A stretch of DNA of 63,542 nucleotides, the filler included, from Folioceros fuciformis (Eukaryota): assembly GCA_049999805.1 (NCBI GenBank). It is 11 parts of 11 records of this genome, joined end to end, with 100 filler letters (N's around TTAATTAATTAA, not from the genome) between each part and the next. Parts side by side here need not be neighbours in the genome. Positions count along the whole stretch, not along the records: positions 1 to 17,901 come from JBNGIO010004966.1; 10 more parts are not named here. One strand, given 5' to 3'. Numbering within the stretch: position 1 is the stretch's first letter; the number at the start of each line of letters is the position of its first letter. The translations under genes were made by a program, and so were the position numbers. Positions 1 through 13,878 of this stretch are shown here, piece by piece. A model generated the notes under the pieces. That model was not told the DNA's origin, did not search any database, and saw only the letters and a list, made by a program, of their open reading frames with translations.

Positions 1-3000
1 AGTGGGCTTGGCCACTAATTCAAGAGCACCTGTATTGTCGCAGAGTATCAGGGTTGGATTGTGCTGAACATGTCCGAGGTCAGCAAGGAAGCTTCATTCC
101 CATTCTGCCTCCTTAGCAGCTTCAGTCATGGACTTGTACTCAGCCTCTGTTGAGCTTAAAGCTATTGTAGGCTGTTTTTTGCTGCTCCAATTCACAGCGG
201 CTGAGGCAAGGAGAAAACAGTATGTCGAAAGGCTCCGCCTTGAGTCTGAATCTGAACCCCAGTTCGCATCTGTGAAGCCAGTAAGGGTAAGCTTGGATTC
301 ACCATTACGTCTGTAGATGAGTCCATATTTGACTGTGCCCTTCAGGTAGCGAAACACCCTCTTTACAACTGTCCAATGAGCTCTCCCGGGGTTCTCGAGG
401 TATTGGGAAGCTGTACATACCGCATACTGGATATCAGGTCTTGTCCAGTTTGCTATGAACAGAAGACTGCCAACAGCGTGCCTGTAAGGTACGTCTTGCA
501 TGTCTTTGATTTCTTCTTCTGTCTGGGGGCATTGTGAACGTGTAAGTTTTGTTCCTATGGCATAAGGGGTGGTTGCAGGTCTGGCCTGATCGAGGTTGAA
601 CTTCCTCAAGATTTCATTAACGTACTTGTACTGGTGAATGATCATCAGGCCCTTATCTCGAACTCGCAACAATTGTATGCCAAGACAGAACTTGAGCTCG
701 CCAATATCCTTCATGTCGAATCTGTTGCTCAGCTGTTCCTTGACAACTAACAACAGCTTCTGATCGCTCGTAGCAAAGATTACATCGTCAACATAAAGAG
801 CCAGAAGGACAATGGAAGATCCTTGGGTAAGCTTATAGACATTGGTGTCAGCATGGCTTTGAACAAATTTAATGCTTAGCAGATATAAGTGCATGGTTAT
901 GTACCATACTCGCCCGCTCTACTTAAGGCCATAAATACACTTCAAAAGCTTCAGCACTTTGTGTTGATGTGCAGGGTCTTCATAGCCTTCAGGCTGATGC
1001 ATATACAGCTCTTCATCGAGAGCACCGTACAAGAAGGCCGTGCAGACGTCCATCTGTTGGAGGTCCAGATCATGCTCCGTGGCATAAGCTAGGAGGATAC
1101 GAATCGACTGGGTCCTCACAACAGGTGAGAAAGTTTCTTGATAGTCAATACCCTCAACCTGTGTGAAACCACGGGCTACTAGCCTAGCCTTGTATCGTGC
1201 TACCTCACCCTTGGCGTTTAGCTTAAGCTTGAATACCCATTTGCAGGAAATAGCCTTGCGTCCTGATGGGAGGTCTGAAAGCTGCCATGTTTTATTCTTC
1301 ATAAGAGACTAATATTCTTCCTCGACAGCAGCCTTCCACTGTGAGGACTGTGGGCCTGAGAAGGCTTGAGTTAAAGTGGTTGGCTCATCGGGAAGCGGAG
1401 GGCAAACGGCAAGGTGAGTGCGAAAGTCAATGGACTGATATCGTGGTGCATTCCATTCCTCAGGTGGGGGTCGATAACGGGTGGAACGGCGTAAAGCAGG
1501 AGCTGGTTCTTCTTCATCTTCCGGATCTTCGGCAGCATTGTCAGCAAAAACAAGTAACAGCGGTTCATCTGCATGTACAGCATCCTGGGGCTGACCTTCC
1601 CCCTCTGCTGCAAAATCTGGTAGATCCAGCGTGGGTCCGTCATCCACAATAGCAGGACCAGGCGGGACTGGAAAAACTTCAAGATCAGGGACAACAGACG
1701 CGGTGTCATCTGAGGGGTATTCTGCAGCTACATCTGTCCATGTCTCCATAACAGGATCCGCAGGTACAGATTCAACAGCTGAGGGAGGAGCTTGTGGTTC
1801 AATAAAGGTAACACTCCTGGCAAGCACGATAGATGCCGTTTCCGGGTTGTATAGCTTATATGCCTTGGCCTGCTCGCTATAGCCCACAAAAATAAGGGCC
1901 TGGGCACGCTGGTCAAGTTTCTTATGCTTCTCAACTGGGATATAGGCAAAAGCCTTGGAGCCCAAAACCTTGAGATGAAGCAAGTTGGGCCTCTTGCGCC
2001 AGTACACCTCGAAAGGAGTCCTCTGTGGAACTGAGCTGGTCAGCACCTTGTTGAGGATGTAGGTGGCTGCTACAACGGCTTCGGCCCAATAGCCTTGAGG
2101 TAAGGCTGCCCAAAGTAACATGCTTCAGGTCATGCTAAGGAGCGTTTGATTCTTGCGTTCTGACACGCCATTTTGCTGGGGCGTGTAGGGAACAGTGAGT
2201 TGTCGCAAGATCCCAGCCTCCTGGAGAAGATTATCAAAGGATGAGTTAACAAACTCTGTCCCATTGTCGGTCCTGAGGATCTTCAGCAACTTGCCTGTTT
2301 GCCTCTGAGCAGTAAGGAGCCAGTCCTGAAAGTAGCTAAAGGTATCACTTTTAGCACGCATTGGAAAGGTCCATGTGTAGCGACTGTAATCATCTGTAAG
2401 GGTGAAAAAGTAGTGAGAGCCTCCAAGGGAGGGCTCATGGATTTTTCCAGATATATCGGCATGCACTAATTCCAGCACTTCTGTGGCTCTGTGTGCAGAG
2501 GCATTCGGAAAAGGTGACTCCTTTTGTTTGGCCAGTATGCACGACTCGCAGACAAGTAAATGCTTGAAGCATTTAGGAAGAGGCTCCTTGTGACATTCGG
2601 TGACAGACATCAATGAGCTTAGCCCTATTAACGTGACCTAGTCTAGCGTGCCATAACATTGCCTCCCGTTGTACACTAACTGTATTCAGTGTGGTTGAGT
2701 GAGCGACAGGCTGGGGAACGACAGCAGGGCCGCAACTGATGTTCAACCGATACAGATCGTGATCTAAAATACCTTTGAAGACACATGTATCTGGGTATGC
2801 CTTTCTGTAGAAGGAGCAGTGGTTAGAATTAGCACGCATACAGAAGGTGCGAAGGCGGAGGAGCTGGCTCACGGACATGAGATTTTTAGCCATACTTGGG
2901 ACATACAAGACATCACTCAAACTAAGGTGTGTACCGTCCTGCAGCCGAAATATGCAAGTACCTCTGCCATCAATGCGTAGACTGGTTGTACTTTGCTCAT

Positions 3001-4147
3001 CTCCGAGCAGCACCTTGTCACTAACATGACTAAGGTTAAGGGTAGTAAACAACTCCCTGTCCTTGCAGATATGAGTCGTGGCTCCGGAATCCAAGTACCA
3101 ACTGCCATCATCATTTAAGGAACTAGACAAGCACGCAGTAAGAATCTTAACTGGCGCCTTTGTTTCTCCAGAGTTCTTTTCCTTGACAGCAGAGTTTGCC
3201 TTCGGCTGTCGTTGTGGCTCACCTGCCTTCTTTCTTCGGCATTCTCTTGCCCAGTGGCCAGGGGTGCCACACCAGTTGCACGATCCTGGTCTCTTAGCTG
3301 AACTGCTGGATGGAACAGTCCGCCCAAAAAAGCCTCCAGGTCCAGCCTGGTTACTTTCCCCTTTGAATTTCCCCTTTCCTTTGAGAAAACGAGAATTCAC
3401 AGCTAACACTCACTCTGCCTTGTTCTTAGGAACATGACCAGAGAGAGTGCGCGCCTGTTCTTCCTAGTAGAGAGCGCCAATGATGTCCTCAACAGTGGGG
3501 GCAGCAGTAGCGACAGCTCCAGCAGCAGCAGGCTTAACAGGGCCATTCTAGGCTGTGACGAAATTCTGATATGAGGGTGGGAGGCTAATAAGGAGCTGGG
3601 ATACAGCTTCGACTTCCGGCATCTTATTTCCAGTCAGCGACGTGATCTGGGCACGCAGATGTCGGAACTTGCTGGTATGGACAGCAATCTTCTCTCCCTC
3701 CTTCATTTTCAAGGCGTAAAATTCCATTCTTACATCAGATAGGGACATCATGTTAGTTGAGTGATAAGTGGTTTCTAACTGATGCCATATGGCCTCTGCT
3801 GTGTCCAAGAACTCAATATCAGGCACAAGATCTGCATCCAGGCCATTGATAAGGATAGCCATGGCACTTCCATTGTGATGTAGCCACTTGGCGTGGTTGT
3901 CAGGGTCTGTGGTCGGATCAGGTTTCTTGAACATGCCATCTAGGACTGGCCAGAAGCCACGAGCCGACATGATGGCTTTCATGCGCACTCTCCATATAAG
4001 GTAACCACTTTCCTTGAAGCGATCCTTCTCTTTTAACTCAGAAGTAAAAGTTAATGTAGGACTTGCAGGGCTTGGAGCAGCCATCACAGATGAAGGGGAA
4101 TACAACCAGGAAAAGTATTCGTCAATGTCAAAATCACTGAAGGACAT
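1..4147 (-). mobile_element. Ty1/copia retrotransposon gag-pol, degenerate (gag, zinc knuckle, protease, integrase, RT, RNase H; runs off window start)
   Basis: ORFs 3548-4147 (UBN2-like gag), 2573-3409 (CNWCGTPGHWAREC, WYLDSGATTH), 2125-2613 and 1309-2121 (integrase: LVHADISG, RTDNGTEF, PQQNGVSER), 919-1302 (KARLVARGF, QMDVCTAFL), 94-894 (LYVDD, TDANWG, SSTEAEY). Copia domain order, broken by stops and frameshifts. Confidence 0.95.
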
Positions 4148-5231
4148 ATGTGACTACCTTGCAGAGAAGAATCCTGACTTGATCCTGCCCTGCATTGTCC
4201 TATTTCATGCAATAATATGAAGATCTGATTAGTGTAGTGTAGGAGAGGAGGTTGGAGGGTTTAACAAGAGGCAGGGGATAGTAAGAAGTTATGCCCTCCT
4301 GATGTTAAACTCCTCAACTTCTTTTCAGACACTAGTAAACTGTTGTGCTTATAGGCATAACCCTAAAAACATGTTGTTTCAAGAAACTAAAATGAAAAAT
4401 TAGGGTTCAAGCTAACCGCCACATCTTTGTCAGATGAACAGATACCTACAGGTGGACAAATCAAGAAACAAGCAAGCACAGTCGGTGAGGAGGCGCATTT
4501 CACATCGTGCCTCTTTAGATCCTGGTTGGAGTTGCTCCTGCGCCAGGACGCTCTGCTCGATAGCAACGGAAATTCTCAGGATTCTTCAGCCTGTGACCCA
4601 ACAGCAGCGAAACTGCAGCCAGCTTCAAGTTTTTGCAATCTAAGGTTCATCATTTGCAGAGAATAAGTCACGAAATTCAAATCCTGCTTGATCTCATGTT
4701 TGCATTCTGATATGGCCAATTCTACGTTGCGATTAAGGCTGTCTGCCCTGTTCCTCACAGATTCCTGGTTGGCCAACGTGAGCACCTTCTCCGCACGAGC
4801 CAAGGTAACAGATGTGCGTTGCGCACTATTACTACTACTCAATGGTGGAGAGTTTCTGTTGATGCTGTTTGCGTGTTGATGTGGCACAGGGGGTCTAAGG
4901 CAAGGTGAGGGTACTCCAGTCCTATTGCTGTAAAACAATTCTGGATTCTATCCTCTCTTGCAGTGGCACTCCTTATACAGGCGATCAGTCTCAAGATTAC
5001 TGTTGAGGACGTGAGCCGGTCCAAGGGGGTTGCTACGCTGTGCCACAAAACGTCTCAGCCAGAGTGCAGGGTAGTCGTGCTCGTAGAGATCCAGCAAAGT
5101 GTCAATAGGGACGCTTGTTGTCTGTCTTCGTGGGTGGAACTCCCTCCTTATATTTCTTGGGAGTTGACCCCCCCCAACAGCCGCGCTGCCTCGGCATCCT
5201 TAGAGTCTGTAGATAGGAAACAGAGCACCAT

Positions 5232-5243
5232 GCTCTGATACCA
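5232..5243 (-). promoter_or_regulatory. Primer-binding site (tRNA-iMet) of the copia element; 5' LTR remnant follows at about 5244-5465
   Basis: Plus strand gctctgatacca = TGGTATCAGAGC on minus, the canonical plant iMet PBS, about 1.1 kb upstream of gag. Confidence 0.8.
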
Positions 5244-5465
5244 TATAAATTGTCGAGTGGAAGCGAGAATACTTGCTTAATCTCTTGGTAGATAAATTAA
5301 ACAACAAATGTCAACAAGAAAGTCTTAATACCATTCTAGGTAACGCTTGGCTAAAGGTCACCTCCATTAACCTAAACGACCACAGTCTACTTGACCTAAT
5401 CTATAGGTTAATGTTTAATACAATATATATATATCACCTATATATGTATATCTTTATCTAACAAG

Positions 5466-8400
5466 CACCTCAGGAGCAAGTGCCAGAAATGGAAGTAGCT
5501 CCTCCTAAGGGTATGGGGGAATTAGGGCACGTTCCGGAGCAGGAAGTCTTCCCAAAATGGGAAGAGGTTTTTAAGAAAATCCCGCAGGTGGATAGGCTGC
5601 AGGCAGGGGAGCTGGAGAAGTTACGAGCATTGCTGGGGAGGCAGATAACCAAGAGGGGAATGGCCCCTGGGGAGTCATAGGAGGTGGATCTGCCGGGACT
5701 AACCTTAGCTATGGTACAGGCACAAGTAGACTTGTTGGACCAGGCGGCCAAGGCGCTTACCTGGCTGAGCATGCAGGTGGAAAGAGAGGCTAAGGCCCGG
5801 AGCAAGGAGGCAGAGGTAAGAGGAAAGGAGGCCGAAGCCTGGAGACAGCTGGCAGAGTCCGAGACAGCACGACGGCTCCTGGAAGAGAAGCAGCGGGCCC
5901 TGAGTGAGGATAAGGCACAAGTGGAGGAAGAGGTACGCCAGGCTAGGGCAGAGATCTAGGCGCTGAAGGAGCAACAGGGGTCGCTCCTAGCTCAAGTGAG
6001 GGAAGCCCACGAGACTAACCTGGAAATGGAATAGGAGATGGCTAGGGCTCAGGAGCAGGAGACGGCTGCGATGGAACAAGCCCAGAAGCTGGCGGACAGG
6101 TACAAACGAGAGCAGGACGAGGCCAGGGAGCAAGTAAAGGGAAGGGCAAGGCTGGGCATAGTAGCCAGACGGCGACGCCAGTAGTCGAAGGGGCTACCGG
6201 TAGTCGAGTTCCAGAACCGGTAGCCGACGGGGCTACCGGTAGCCGAGCAACAGTGCCGGTAGCCAACATGGCTACCGGTAGTCGAATGGCCACACCGGTA
6301 GCCGGAGAAGCTATTGGTAGTCTCGCGACACCCGAGGTAGCCAAAGGGGCTACCAGTAGAGGAGGAACGACGTCGGTAGCTGAAGCCACGACCCCGGTAG
6401 CCGAAGAAGTGAGGGCGGAGGCGCCTGTGCCCAGGCATTCCAGGAGGGCGACTCGCACGAGGCGGACTGAGATGGGGGAAGCAATAGTAGCTGGAGGGAT
6501 GGAGGACTCTCAGGTACCCCAGGAGAGCAGGGGACAGGCAGCCCAAGGTAGCCCAAGGGAGGAAGGGGTAAGCACCTCCTTTATGATAGAGGGCCAGGTT
6601 ATGCTGCAGTATGAGGAGGAGGCCTCTTATGTGCCAGGCCCCTATGTGGAAGGAGCCCAAGTTCTGAAGCTATTTTTGTATGTACATATGGGCACAGGAG
6701 GGACATGGGGCTATGGCTTGCAACTAAAGACCCGCAGGGGCATCTACTACTACTGCTGGCGGGTATGAGGGCTGCCCCATTGCTATTCCGAGGCAGTCTT
6801 GGAGGAACTGACGGAGGAGGAGGGGCAGCAGTGGGTTGAGCGGGAGCCTGTCCTCATCCTCAGTAATCGGCGACGGAGAGAGGAGAGGGATTCCCTGCGA
6901 CGGGACCCACTTGCGCCGCCGCCAGCAAGGGCCATCAGCAGCAGCAATGAGGTGGAGGTCCTGTGGGAGGACCTGCCTGACCAGCGGTGGGGTAGGAGGG
7001 CCAGAGGCAGACTTGTAGGGGGAGGAGCGCGACGGTCAAGAAGAAGGCGCCAGCGGCAAAGAGAGGCGATAGTAATTATAGTCTAGACTAGTTTTTGTTT
7101 AGATTGTTTTTGCTTGGACCTAAGCCGCTCAGAATTTAAGAGCGCTGACTGACCCTTGACAGACTTTATGGCGGAAAAACCACCACTACCGTGTACAAGA
7201 GGTCAGTTTGGGGCCTCGGAAAAATCAGCAAGAAACCAGCCCGACATTCCGACCTTGCGGAAGCCTAGCGATGGCCATTGTTGGATAAGAGGTCCAGGCA
7301 AGCGAGCGTACGTAGTGTTCTAAGGGTGTGGGTGCAGGTGGTGGATGCTCCGTAACCACGAACCGGGAACGAATCGGGAGGAGAGACCTCGCTGAGTTGG
7401 AGACGAACTCCCCAGCTATTCCCGTGACGGTTGTGCGGAGTGGTAAGGGTCCCGGAGGCCGAATCCGCGAGTTCGGAGTGGAAGTGGATACCCCTTCCCT
7501 TAGCCTCCGGTGACCCCCTATTCCTTCAATTTCATAGGGAAGGTAGGCCCTGGACAGGCGAGTTGGAGAAGAACGCCGAGAGTCACGAGTGGACTGAGAA
7601 ATGAGAGTGTGTGAGTAAGAGCACTGATGAACGTGCGTTGGTGAAGTGAGAATGTGGTGCTGGGTGACTGCTGTTGTGAGAGCTGTGAGTGGTCGTGGGT
7701 CGCGAGTGTGGCGACGGTAGAGGGAAGAAGTTGTGTGACTGAATGACTATGGCGACTGTGTGCAAGTTTGGGGTGTGTCGAAAGTTGAGCTGAGGGATCG
7801 CAAAACCGGAATGGTGAGTGTGTTGCACCGCGGGGAGGGGATCGTGGCTGACAAGAGAGTGAATGGAGTAGGGGGTGAACGAAAGCTATACGTGACTATG
7901 TACTGACGGAATGACGTGAAGTGAAGAGACAACTGCATGTGTGAGAGACTGAAACGCAGGGACGCGTGGGTGGCTGTGGAAAGCCTGATCGGGGGTTCCG
8001 AGTAGGATCCGGCAGCGAGTGAGAGTGCGCTGACTAGTTGAGAAGCCGTGTATGTGTGTGTGTGTGTGTGTGTGTGGATGCGCTGTCGTGCGCAGTGAAG
8101 CATAAAGGTTCCTGAGGAAAACGGGAAGAGCTAGTGGAGAACGCAGGCAGAGCGCTGGTAGGTGTATGTGTGTATGAACTGAGTGCTCTTGAGTCCTGGG
8201 AGAGGCAGTGATTAATCATGAGTGGGCGGAAAGATGTGAGACAGGGGAGGAGCAATCACGACTGAGAGAGAGAGGATTGAGGTGGGTCACATCTGTCAGG
8301 AGGCATAAGCCGGAAAAGTAAGTCATGGGGTAAATTAGAGAGAGAAAGGGTGAGGAAGAGAGAGAGGGACCGAAAGAGAGAGAGTGGACCCCACCGTGGT

Positions 8401-8732
8401 AGCCGGTTGGGCGACCGTTGTGGAAGGGCAACGGAAGTAGCCGAGCGCAGCGGTAGCTGTAGGGGCGAAGTAGTAGCCGAGCGTCGGTAGTTGGAGTGGT
8501 ACAAGCCCTGATAGCCAAGTAGTTCATCAGGTAGTCCAAGGATAAGGTAGTCGAATAAGCGGTAGGCGTGTGGTAGACGAGTAAGACTGACCTTGGGTAG
8601 TAATTGACTTTGTGAGAAAACTTGTGTTATTTAACACAACTCATTCCCTTGGGATCAAATCCCAGTGCTATAACGACAAAGAGGGTTTGTGTGGACCTTC
8701 TAGCACCCCCGGGTGCGATATTTTCCTCCACA
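5466..8732 (+). repeat. Large LTR-like segment of Athila-like family B (5'-truncated copy) with a degenerate coiled-coil/repeat ORF
   Basis: 5470-8100 is a direct repeat of about 15260-17818. It ends ...cctccaCA immediately before a PBS. Confidence 0.65.
8047..8075. repeat. (GT)n microsatellite inside the LTR-like repeat (homologue near 17800-17818)
   Basis: gtgtatgtgtgtgtgtgtgtgtgtgtgtg. Confidence 0.85.
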
Positions 8733-8735
8733 TTT

Positions 8736-8753
8736 TGGCGCCGTTGCCGGGGA
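8736..8753 (+). promoter_or_regulatory. Athila-type primer-binding site
   Basis: TGGCGCCGTTGCCGGGGA directly after an LTR-type CA end. Confidence 0.85.
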
Positions 8754-8853
8754 ATGAATAGATGTTAGAAACACATGTAGGAGTGACTAACAGCTGAGTA
8801 GAGAAGCTTGGAGCGGACTGGAGAAAGAAAGTCCGTGTAGTCGTGGTTAATGG

Positions 8854-11315
8854 ATGCCTCGTGAAAGGATCAGCGACTCAGAGTCTGACCTAGGGGAACC
8901 CCCGTCGGAGAGGCGACAACGCCAGGCAGTGGAGCGTCTATAGCGAGTTGCGCGGAGGACATAGCGGGAGCATGTGTCTGAGGTGCAGCGGAGGGAGCCA
9001 AGGAGTCCAGCCATTGTGGAAAGGCAACCGTCGCCTGGATCGATTGAGAAGGAGGAAGAGGTATTTGGGGTTGGGTGCTCTCACCTACGACCTGTAGCGG
9101 TGATCACGGGCCATCTTAGTCCCATCTTAGCTTAAACAAATTTTGTGGGTATAAAAGCTGGTGCTGGTACGGTAGCCGTAGCGACTACCTCGGTAGCCCG
9201 CACCGTAACGGTAGCCATGAGCACTACCCCAGTTGCTGTGACCACTAAACAGTCATACCCGCTGTATGGGGAGAAGAAGGGGTATGAGGATCCTAACGAT
9301 TTCGTGGAGCGTTTTGAACAGCTGACCATCTCAAACCAGGAGGTGGACGACGTGCAGTGGGTGCAGTTGTTCTATGGGGTCCTGCAAGGAGCCGTTGCCA
9401 AATGGTACAAAAGAGAATACCTCAAGACAACAACACCGCCAGCCACCTTCGATGCGCTCAAAAGGGCATTTTGTGAAAGATTTCGAGGGGTGGACGTGGA
9501 AGGATATGTTCTATCCAAACTGGAGAGGCTGCGATGAAGGCAAAGGGAGACGCTGCAAGTGTCTGTGGAGAGATTCCATAGTCTGTGAGATCGAGTGGGA
9601 CCTCATTTGGAGCTGATGGCCATTCGATGGTTTGCAAGAGGATTGGGGTCAACAATGGGAAGGCACGTGCATCTACAAGTAGAGAAGGATCTGGAGGAGT
9701 CCAACGCTGAAGTGAAGAAGAAGTCACGCAAGGAGGAGAAATGGAGTCGGGAAGGGAAAAAGAAGAATTCGAGGGGGAAGAAGAAGTACTCCTCTACTTC
9801 AGAAGACGACTCGTCGGAGAGAGAAGGTTCCTCAAGTGCTTCATCAGACAGTCCGACAACCGAGGACTCGTCGAGTTTAGAAGAGGACCCGTCGGAGGAT
9901 GAGGGAAGGCGAAGGAAGCATAAGAAAGTGGTGAAGGCAGGATCAAGCCGGAAACATCAGCCTAAGAGCAAGGAGTCGGGGAAGGTCAAGCCAGAGTCTG
10001 CAAGCACCAGAAGAGGAGCTGAGCAAGTAAGGAAGGAGGTGGAGCTGGCAACCAAAAAGGTCGAGCAGCAAGGAACCAAGATGGGGGAGATTTTGGCCAA
10101 ATTGGAGAAGCTGTAGATCAACGCGGTGAAGGATCAGGAGAGGCGGAGAGTCGCAATGGGAGGAAGAGCCAACCTCTTTTGTTCAACTTGTGGACATCAG
10201 GGTCACTCAAGGGCGAGTTGTCCGCAGGTGAAGGTGCATATTGGGAGTACGAGGAAGAGGGGGAGGAAGCCTACATGGAATACGCCTATCAAATTCAGAA
10301 GGCAACGCTTATGCTGGGATACCCGAAGACGTCCTATCCCTCCAACCTATGCAACAACGCACCTATGGGAATGAGGGGTCAAGCTGCCAGGAATCCAGGG
10401 CAGTTGACGACGATTCAGTGTTACAACTATCAGAGCATAGGGCACTTCACGAATAGTTGTCCTTCGGCGACGCGACAGGGGAACGGCGACTACGAGAGGC
10501 TGTGCACTGACTGTAAACAGATGGGCCATGTTGCTGGGAGTGTCCTGTGTACAGCATTGAAAAAACATGTGCGAATCGCTCCCACCCCAGCAACTGTGAT
10601 TCAGGCCGCTGGACCAAGTGCCCCACTGACTATGCAAGTGACAGACGCGCTGATGGCTATATGGGAGGACGCGGAGGCTCATATGCTAAGAGAACTAGAG
10701 GGCTTGGACAACCTAGACGAAAGGTACTATGAGGAGGCACCCGCCATGGCTATCCGAACCCGAGGCAGAGCTAGAGCCACCAAGGGGACTGATGAGTTGA
10801 CGCAGGCAAAGCGAGGAGGAAGAGGGCGACTTGCCTTCTCTAGTTCGGGGGACACATCGGCAGACGTGTCGATTTCTGCGAGCAGTGGCGAGAAGGCACC
10901 GTCATTACCAGAGGAGCCGGAGGAATCGCCAAAAGACCTAGTGGAGGCTTAGGGTTTAAAGAGACGAGAGAAGAGGTGACCACTGATTCGGTGACGCGCG
11001 CTGAGGAAGAACGACAGTCCATGAGCGAACTAGCCCAAGGGGCGGAAGTAGCAGAAGGAACCTCACGGCTGGATGGATTGAGAGCTCTAGGTTTCCCTCC
11101 AGATGTTCGGCAAGAGGTAGCAAAGATGATTCGAGAGGAGTTGGACCAAACTCCAGAACGTACGGCGATGGCCAGTGAAGGGCGACCCAACTTCTTGACT
11201 ACAGGGGACCAGGAAGGGCCTGAGAAGGTGGATGAACGACCCGTAGCAGAAGCTGAGAAGGGGAGGGCGCGAGTGCTTGACTTGGCAAAAGCCATTATGG
11301 AGTTTCCTCGGCCTT
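8854..11315 (+). mobile_element. Ty3/gypsy (Athila-like family B) gag, degenerate
   Basis: Retrotrans_gag-like EDPNDFVERFEQ...LQGAVAKWY...LKRAFCERF. Zinc knuckles CSTCGHQGHSRASC and CYNxQSIGHFTNSC. In-frame stops. Confidence 0.8.
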
Positions 11316-13333
11316 GCATCGTATTACTGTAAGTTTATTTTGCGATTTGCTCATATAGCTGCCCCACTCACGCAATTACTTCAATGAAGCCAAGTTTGGA
11401 CTTGGGGTGCTGCTCAAGACAACACTTTTTGTGCTATCCAGACTACTTTGGTGACTGCCCTTGTGTTGGGATACCCAAACCCAACCATACCTTTTATTGT
11501 TATAGCCGATACCTCTGACCTTGCCATTGGTGCGGTCCTTCAATAGGACTATGGCCAAGGCCGCCAACCGATTGCTTAGTTCTCGCGAAAGTTGAAGGGC
11601 GCCGAGTTGAATTGGACAACCAATGAGAAGGAGACCTTAGCGGCATTAAAGACATGGCATTGTTTTTTAGAGGGTGCCCCTTTCGAACTTGAGATAGACT
11701 ACTGCCCTCTTATTTATCTCCAGACGCAGACCACTCTCTCTCACAAGAGCCCGATGGCTTGAGTTGCTCTAGCAGTACCAATACAAGATCAGGTTCGTCA
11801 AAGGCCATCATAACCAAGTTGCTGATGCTTTAAGTAGGGTTCAGACCAACACACTGTCAGAGTTACATATTCAATCCAACTGGCGGGATGAAATTGCCAG
11901 GGCCCTTCTACAGGATGCGGACGCCCAATGTGCCCTTCAGGCCCTTCGAGATGGTTCCACTGACCGGACTGAGCAGGATGGCCTGGAATGGTATTGTCAC
12001 CGGCTCTTCATCCCACAAGTTCCCCATATCCGCCGGGCCTTGCTTTCCGAGGCCCACGATGCCCCATCTATAGGTCATCAGGGTATAAATCGTACTACTA
12101 CCACCCTCAGTCGACATTACTTTTGGCCTCAGCTCAATCAGGACGTTTGAGACTATGTTCTTCTCTACGACTTATGTCAACCAACCCAACAAAGCTTGTC
12201 ACCAACGCCTTGCCGGCTTGCTCCAATCCTTGCCTGTTCCTCTACTACCCTGGGAGCCAGTCACACTTGACTTTATAACTGGGCTGCCTCGCACTAATAT
12301 CGGATTTGATGCGTTGCTGGTCTTCACGGATAAACTCACTCGTCAGGTGCTTTTTGCCCCCACTACGGAGACATGCTCTGCTGAACAAACCGCTGACCTT
12401 TTCTTGAAGGTGGTTTATCATGCCCATGGCCTCCCTCGCTCCCTTGTGAACGACCGTGACTCCAAATTTACATCCCATTTTTGGTAGTCATTTCACCGTG
12501 ATCTTGGCACCAAGCTATGTATGTCTACTGCCTTTCATCCACATACGGATGGTGCTACGGAGCGAGCTAATCAAGTCTTGGAAGATATGCTCCGTGCCTA
12601 CACAGGTGTACATCAAGCTTGGTGGCCGGATTTCCTCCACCTCGTCAAGTTTGCTTACAACAACGCCCCTAACACCTCAACCCAAGTTACGCCATTTTTA
12701 TTCAACAAAGGTTTCCACCCCCAAACATTGCTTTCTGCTTCTTTGCCTTCCATCGCTTGTGTTCCTGTTGCTATTGATTTTCTCACCCAGCGTACTCAAG
12801 TCCAACAGCAGGCTCGCTAGTTCACTAATGAGGCCCAAAATTGCCAAGCCCAGTATGCCAATTAGCATCGGCGCCCTCAGGAGTTTATGGTAGGTACCTA
12901 TGTTTTGCTGTCTATCCGAAATTTGTTCCTCCCGGGGACTTGTAAGATCTCCCCTCGCTTTATTGGTCCTTACCATATCCTCAGGCGCATTGGCCTTGTT
13001 GCCTATGAACTTGCCCTTCCTCCTGAATCTCGTATTCATCCTGACTTTCATGTTTCCTTGCTCAATTTGTATGGTGGCCCCCCACTTACTGTCCCAGCCC
13101 CGGTAGATACCTGTGATGGCCCCGCGTACAAAGTAGAGAGCCTCCTCTGCCATCGCCGTATTCGACATCGGTATGAGTTCCTAGTGCTATGGAAGGGTTT
13201 CCCTATTAGCGATGCTTCTTGGGAACCCCTTGCCAACCTTTCTCATTCCTTTGGCCTTATTCGTGCCTATGCTCGTGCTCATCACCTACGTCTCCCCGGC
13301 TTCGAGGATGCAGCCTCTTCTCCCCCAGGGTGA
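11316..13333 (+). mobile_element. Chromoviral Ty3/gypsy pol fragment (RNase H, integrase, chromodomain), degenerate; probable LTR start near 13336
   Basis: PWEPVTLDFITGLP, DRDSKFTSHFW, STAFHPHTDGATERANQ, PRFIGPY, and chromodomain YKVESLL...YEFLVLWKGFPISDASWEP. Confidence 0.9.
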
Positions 13334-13878
13334 GTTGTCATGGGCAAGCACCATTAGAGGCAGATAGCCCACTGTAAGCCACAATCACGGCGATCACGAC
13401 GATAGTAGTCATTATCTCGGGCAGATAAACCACTCTAAGCCATGATCAAGGCGTAGTTATCACCGCAATCTGTGGCATCTACTCCACAAGCTTGAGCTTT
13501 TATGCTTGGCTCCGTGGCTAGCAGGGGGATTGATTTCTAATGCAAGTGCATTCCCGTATCTGTTCCTTGCTCGATGAAATCCGGTTCATGACACCCTGCT
13601 TGATGTCGTGCTTCAAAAGGTCTTGCTCTTGAACATCTGAACTTAACCCTTGTAGAGGAAAAAACCTTTTGGGACTCCCATTTTGAAGAGCAGAATGAAC
13701 AGGTTGTGATTTGTTTTGTGAAGATGCGAGTGGATTGGCTTAGTATGAGAATAAGACTTGGGTAATTATACCCAAAAGGCTCCTTGGCCCTTGGTGTTTC
13801 GCTAGGATTGAGTGACAGGACCAAGGGGAAGGGTGTGCAAGAGAGTCCTTGGCCCTTGGTGGTTTGGGGGGCACTCAG

